Of a stretch of 64,000 bases of DNA, positions 60,037 to 64,000 are shown in pieces (the first letter of the stretch is position 1; every line of letters begins with the position of its first letter). Both the position numbers and the translations under genes were made by a program. This DNA is from an uncultured Actinomycetes bacterium (GTDB lineage Bacteria; Actinomycetota; Thermoleophilia; Gaiellales; JAICJC01): NCBI GenBank assembly GCA_963843705.1, contig CAWJLQ010000008.1, positions 612,144 through 676,143 on the forward strand, read 5' to 3'. Below the pieces are notes generated by a model, which saw only the letters and a program-made list of their open reading frames with translations, ran no database searches and was not told the origin of the DNA.

Positions 60037-61439
60037 ATCGCCCGCCGGCGCTTCTTCCGCGGCAGCGAGAGGGTGAACGTCGAGCCCTGGCCGGGCTCGC
60101 TCTCCACCGACAGGCGGCCTCCGAGCGCGGTCGCGAGCTCGCGGGCGATCGAGAGACCGAGGCCGGTGCCGCCCTCGCCGCGGCGGCTGTAGAACGGGTG
60201 GAACACCGTCTCGAGCTCGGCGGGCGAGATGCCGCGGCCGGTGTCGGACACGCGGATCGCCGCCAGGCCGTTCGAGGTGTTGCACCCGAGCTGCACGGTG
60301 CCGCCGCGCGGCGTCCACCGGAACGCGTTGTCGAGCAGGTTGTTCACGATCTGGAGCACGCGGTCGCCGTCGGTGATGATCGTCGGGGCCTGGTCGATCG
60401 GCGTGTGGAAGATGACGTCATTCGTGCGTGCCTTCTCGCGGAACGACGCGGCCGCCCGCTCGAGCAGCGCCGCCAGCCCCACCTCTTCGCTGACGACGCG
60501 GAACTGGTGCGCCTCGAGGCGCGTCAGGTCGAGCAGGTCGCCGACGAGGCGGTCGAGCCGGCGCACCTCCTCGTTCACGGCTGCCAGCGAGCCGTCGAGG
60601 TCGTCCGGCCCCACCACGCCCTCCGCCAGCGCCTGGACGTGCCCGGAGATGGCGGTGAGCGGCGTCCGCAGCTCGTGCGTCACCCGCATCAGGAAGTTGC
60701 GCTCGAGCTCGTCCACCTCGCGCAGGCGGTCGACCATGCCCTGGAACCGCGTCGCCAGCTGACCCAGCTCGTCGTCCGAGGTGCGCCTGCCGATGACGTT
60801 CACGTCCAGGTCGCCGCGCGCGACCTTGTCGGCCGCGGAGCCGATCACGCGCAGCGGCATCGTGATCCGGCGGGCGACGTAGCTCGCCAGGATGATCGCG
60901 ACGATCAGCCCGACGGCGACGCCGGCGGCGACCAGGCCGATCACGTTCTTCCAGGCGTTGTTCACGTCGGCGAGCGGCTTCGCGAGCACCACGGCGCCGA
61001 TCGGCTGGTCGCCATCGAAGATGGGAGCGCCCACACCGATATAGGTGGTCGATGCGCCGGTCGGGGTGAACTGGAACACCGGCCGCGATGTCGCGCGGAG
61101 CTTGCGATAGTTCAGTGCGATGCCGGAGGTGCGGATATTGCGGGCGCCCTGGACCGGGAAGAGCGGCTGCCCCGCGTAATAGAGGCGGGCGTCGCTGACG
61201 TGCTCGAACTCGGATGCCAGCACGCGCGCCGGGTGCTTGGTGCCCTGCGCGAAGGTCGCGGTGAACGAGCGCTGGTAATAGCTCGCCACGCCCGTGACCT
61301 GCTTCCGAAGCTCCGCCTCGGTCTGCGAGCGATTGTAGTTCTGGTACAGGCTGACGACGACCACGCTCGCAATGACCGTGGCCAGGACGAGCGTGCCCGT
61401 GAAGAGGAACGCGAGCCGTGCTCTAAGTGACTGCAGCAT
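60033..61439 (-). CDS. Sensor histidine kinase (two TM segments, extracytoplasmic domain, HAMP)
   Basis: TM1, then a roughly 150-aa external domain, TM2 and a HAMP domain. It has an H box ([16 protein letters not shown]), an N box ([10 protein letters not shown]), and G boxes ([16 protein letters not shown]). Confidence 0.88.
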   Translation of the reverse strand: MLQSLRARLAFLFTGTLVLATVIASVVVVSLYQNYNRSQTEAELRKQVTGVASYYQRSFTATFAQGTKHPARVLASEFEHVSDARLYYAGQPLFPVQGARNIRTSGIALNYRKLRATSRPVFQFTPTGASTTYIGVGAPIFDGDQPIGAVVLAKPLADVNNAWKNVIGLVAAGVAVGLIVAIILASYVARRITMPLRVIGSAADKVARGDLDVNVIGRRTSDDELGQLATRFQGMVDRLREVDELERNFLMRVTHELRTPLTAISGHVQALAEGVVGPDDLDGSLAAVNEEVRRLDRLVGDLLDLTRLEAHQFRVVSEEVGLAALLERAAASFREKARTNDVIFHTPIDQAPTIITDGDRVLQIVNNLLDNAFRWTPRGGTVQLGCNTSNGLAAIRVSDTGRGISPAELETVFHPFYSRRGEGGTGLGLSIARELATALGGRLSVESEPGQGSTFTLSLPRKKRRRAI

Positions 61440-62118
61440 CGTCAGCGACCTTGTAGCCCACGCCCCATACGGTCGCGACCGGGCAGTCATCGCCGAGCTT
61501 GCGCCGCAGCTGGCGCACGTGCACGTCAACGGTGCGGGTGTCCCCCGCGAAGGTGTAGCCCCACACCCGCTCGAGCAGCTGGTCGCGGGTCAGGACGAGC
61601 CCGCGATGGTCGAGCAGCTCCCAGAGGAGGTCGAACTCCTTGGGGGCGAGCTGGATGTGCCGCCCGGAGACCGTCACCTCGCGGCGGCCGGCGTCGATGC
61701 GCAGGTTGCCGTGCTCCATCGCCGCCTCCTGCGGACGCGACGAGCGCGCGGCCTGGCTCGAGCGGCGCAGGATCGACTTGATCCTCGCCACCAGCTCGCG
61801 CGGGTTGAACGGCTTCGTCAGGTAGTCGTCCGCCCCCACCTCCAGGCCGACGATCTTGTCGACGTCGTCGTCGCGTGCAGTCAGCATCAGGATCGGCACG
61901 TCGGAGGTCGACCGGATCTGCCGGCACACCTCGAGCCCGTCGATGTCGGGCAGCATGAGGTCGAGCACGACGAGATCCGGCTTGACGCTGTCGGCCTTTG
62001 ACAGGGCCTCGGCGCCGTCCCTGGCGATGTCCACCTGGTAGCGGGCGTTCTTGAGGTACATCGCGACGAACGACGCGATGTTGCGCTCGTCCTCGACGAC
62101 GAGGATCTTCTCGGCCAT
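61423..62118 (-). CDS. OmpR-family response regulator
   Basis: Has a receiver domain ([23 protein letters not shown]) and a winged helix ([21 protein letters not shown]). The kinase ATG lies 17 nt inside its 3' end. Confidence 0.92.
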   Translation of the reverse strand: MAEKILVVEDERNIASFVAMYLKNARYQVDIARDGAEALSKADSVKPDLVVLDLMLPDIDGLEVCRQIRSTSDVPILMLTARDDDVDKIVGLEVGADDYLTKPFNPRELVARIKSILRRSSQAARSSRPQEAAMEHGNLRIDAGRREVTVSGRHIQLAPKEFDLLWELLDHRGLVLTRDQLLERVWGYTFAGDTRTVDVHVRQLRRKLGDDCPVATVWGVGYKVADDAAVT

Positions 62119-62150
62119 CCTCGTAGCGTACAGCCTTGCCAGGCCGGAGC

Positions 62151-62612
62151 CTAGAAGTGCAGCCTGGTCGCGTGCTTCGGCCAGCTGTGCGACTTGTGGT
62201 TGAGGATGTACGTCCCCTTGCCGGCGATCTTGCCGCTGCCGTCCACGACACTGCAGATCTGGATGCTGGGCCCCTGCAGCTTGACCCAGAACTTCCCGGT
62301 CGCGTTGATGGTCATCGAATGCTTCGAGGTCGCCCTCCAGCCGTCCCGGCCCAGGTACTTCCACGTGATCCCCGAGCCGCGCACCCATCGCTTCGGATTA
62401 CCCTTGCCGGTGCGGTCGCGGACCCAGATCGTGCCTTTCGAGAGTGAGCCCCACTCGGCGCCGTTGCCCACCACGCTCACCCAGCCTGATCCCTTCGCCT
62501 GGAAGGTGGAGCACGTCGAGCCGCAGTTCTTGGCGAGCATGACGGCACCCGATGCGGGCGCGGCCGCCGCGAGGACGGCGAGGATGCTGGTGATGAAGGC
62601 GAGTCGTCGCAT
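62151..62612 (-). CDS. Hypothetical secreted protein, Lys/Gly/Trp-rich, visibly lower GC than its neighbours
   Basis: Has a signal peptide (MRRLAFITSILAVLAAAAPASGA). The mature part is rich in K, G, S and W (GKGNPKRWVRGSGITWKYLGRDGW). It lies between rny and the two-component genes. Confidence 0.55.
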   Translation of the reverse strand: MRRLAFITSILAVLAAAAPASGAVMLAKNCGSTCSTFQAKGSGWVSVVGNGAEWGSLSKGTIWVRDRTGKGNPKRWVRGSGITWKYLGRDGWRATSKHSMTINATGKFWVKLQGPSIQICSVVDGSGKIAGKGTYILNHKSHSWPKHATRLHF

Positions 62613-62681
62613 GCGACCTGTATCGGCACGGTCACGGGCGGCTCCAGTAAGCCTTCTGTAAACCTCACAATATGCGCGGGG

Positions 62682-64000
62682 CTACTTCGCGATCTCTGTC
62701 GCGCGCGATTCGCGGATGACCGTCACCTTGATCTGACCCGGGTATTCGAGCTGATCCTCGATCTCGCGGGCGATCTGGTGGGAGAGCAGCGCGGCCGTGT
62801 CGTCGTCGACCTGCTCCGGCTTCACCATCACCCTGATCTCGCGCCCGGCCTGCATCGCATAGCAGCGCTCGACGCCGTCCTTGGCCGTCGCGATCTGCTC
62901 GAGCGCCTCGAGGCGCTTGATGTAGTGCTCGAGGCTCTCGCCGCGGCCGCCGGGGCGGGACGCCGAGATGGCGTCCGCGGCGATCACGAGCACCGACTCG
63001 ACGGTCTGTGGCTCGACGTCGTGGTGGTGCGCCTCGATCGCGTGGCAGACGCTCGGCGACTCGCGGTACTTCTTGGCCATCTGGGCGGAGATGACCGCAT
63101 GCGGCCCCTCCACCTCGTGCGTGACGGCCTTGCCGATGTCGTGCAGGAGCGCCGCCCGGCGGGCGGTCTTCTGGCTCGCGCCGAGCTCCGCCGCCATGAT
63201 CGAGGCCAGGTGGGCGCACTCGACCGAGTGCTTCAGCACGTTCTGCCCGTAGCTCGTGCGGTAGCGCAGCCTTCCGAGGATCTTGACCAGCTCCGGATGC
63301 AGCCCGTGGACGTTGGCCTCGAAGCAGGCCTGCTCGCCGGCCTGCACGATCTGCTCCTCGATCTGCGCCTTGGACTGGTAGTACATCTCCTCGATCCGCG
63401 ACGGATGGATGCGGCCGTCGGCGATCAGGCTCTCGATGGTGAGCCGGGCGATCTCCCGGCGGACGCCGTCGAACGCCGACAGCACCACCGCCTGCGGCGT
63501 GTCATCGATGATCACGTCCACCCCGGTCAGGTTCTCGAGCGCGCGGATGTTGCGGCCCTCGCGGCCGATGATGCGGCCCTTCAGGTCGTCGGAGGGGAGC
63601 TGGACGACCGAGACGGTGGTCTCCGCCGTGTGGCTGGATGCCGTGCGCTGGATGGCCACCGACAGGATGTTGCGGGCGCGCTTGTCCGCATCGAGGCGCG
63701 CCTCCTCCTCGATCCGGCGCACGAGCTTGGCCATGTCCGTGCGCGCCTCCTGCTCGACGCGCTCGAGCAGGGCGGTGCGGCCGTCGGCCGCCGTCATCCC
63801 GGCGACTCGCTCGAGCGCGGCCAGCTCGGCGTCGCGCGCCGCCTTCAGGTCTTCCTGCAGCTGCTTGGCGTGCGTCTCGCGGTCGGCGATCGACTGCTCA
63901 CGGCGGGCGAGCTCGTCGCCGCGAAGGTCGGCCTGCATCTGGGTGGCCGCCATGCGTTCCTCGGCCTTGATCAGCTCGGCGCGCCGGTCGGCGAGCTCGC
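62682..64000 (-). CDS. rny: Ribonuclease Y; 5' end outside window
   Basis: Has a KH domain ([19 protein letters not shown]) and an HD domain (HSVECAHLA...LLHDIGKA). The frame stays open through base 64000 (…[20 protein letters not shown]), so the N-terminal anchor is not in the window. Confidence 0.9.
   Translation of the reverse strand, partial: ELADRRAELIKAEERMAATQMQADLRGDELARREQSIADRETHAKQLQEDLKAARDAELAALERVAGMTAADGRTALLERVEQEARTDMAKLVRRIEEEARLDADKRARNILSVAIQRTASSHTAETTVSVVQLPSDDLKGRIIGREGRNIRALENLTGVDVIIDDTPQAVVLSAFDGVRREIARLTIESLIADGRIHPSRIEEMYYQSKAQIEEQIVQAGEQACFEANVHGLHPELVKILGRLRYRTSYGQNVLKHSVECAHLASIMAAELGASQKTARRAALLHDIGKAVTHEVEGPHAVISAQMAKKYRESPSVCHAIEAHHHDVEPQTVESVLVIAADAISASRPGGRGESLEHYIKRLEALEQIATAKDGVERCYAMQAGREIRVMVKPEQVDDDTAALLSHQIAREIEDQLEYPGQIKVTVIRESRATEIAK

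Overview
This 64-kb window is a very GC-rich (roughly 70% or more by eye), tightly packed bacterial chromosome. No search was run, so all family calls rest on motifs read in the translations. It most resembles a deep-branching actinobacterium. The clues are GarA/OdhI-MerR adjacency, a CDP-alcohol phosphatidyltransferase coupled to an 832-aa ManC-like fusion, MurT/GatD, ECF sigma/anti-sigma, many 4-nt start/stop overlaps, and RNase Y. I call about 75 protein genes and one tRNA-Pro(GGG). I saw no rRNA, CRISPR, transposase or integrase. Most content is housekeeping: dppDF-like ABC ATPases, infC-rpmI-rplT, pheST, a PDH-type E1alpha/E1beta/E2 cluster facing lipoyl-protein/lpdA/proS, murT-gatD, dut, hflX, dapL-dapF, miaAB, an OmpR/HK pair and rny. 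The long ORFs in other frames are GC-composition artefacts. Items worth a second look: (1) a well conserved DapF homologue with both catalytic Cys replaced by Ser, next to LL-DAP aminotransferase; (2) a 33-bp perfect palindrome present twice, one copy in frame inside a TrmH-family methyltransferase gene; (3) a dispersed GGGGCC(T/A)GGCCCC hairpin repeat family; (4) a promoter/multi-hairpin/terminator leader plus a 9-codon uORF ahead of infC; (5) a loose c-di-GMP theme, comprising a small protein with an RsiG-like E-x3-S-x2-R-x3-H-x3-D motif beside a Zn-ribbon-GarA fusion, a 713-aa coiled-coil protein, an HD-GYP protein and a degenerate GGDEF protein; (6) a gene-poor, hairpin-rich 2.8-kb tract next to tRNA-Pro; (7) several decayed genes (DHFR-family, SnoaL-like, GNAT). 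I did not find a clear-cut new multi-gene system such as a defence island.
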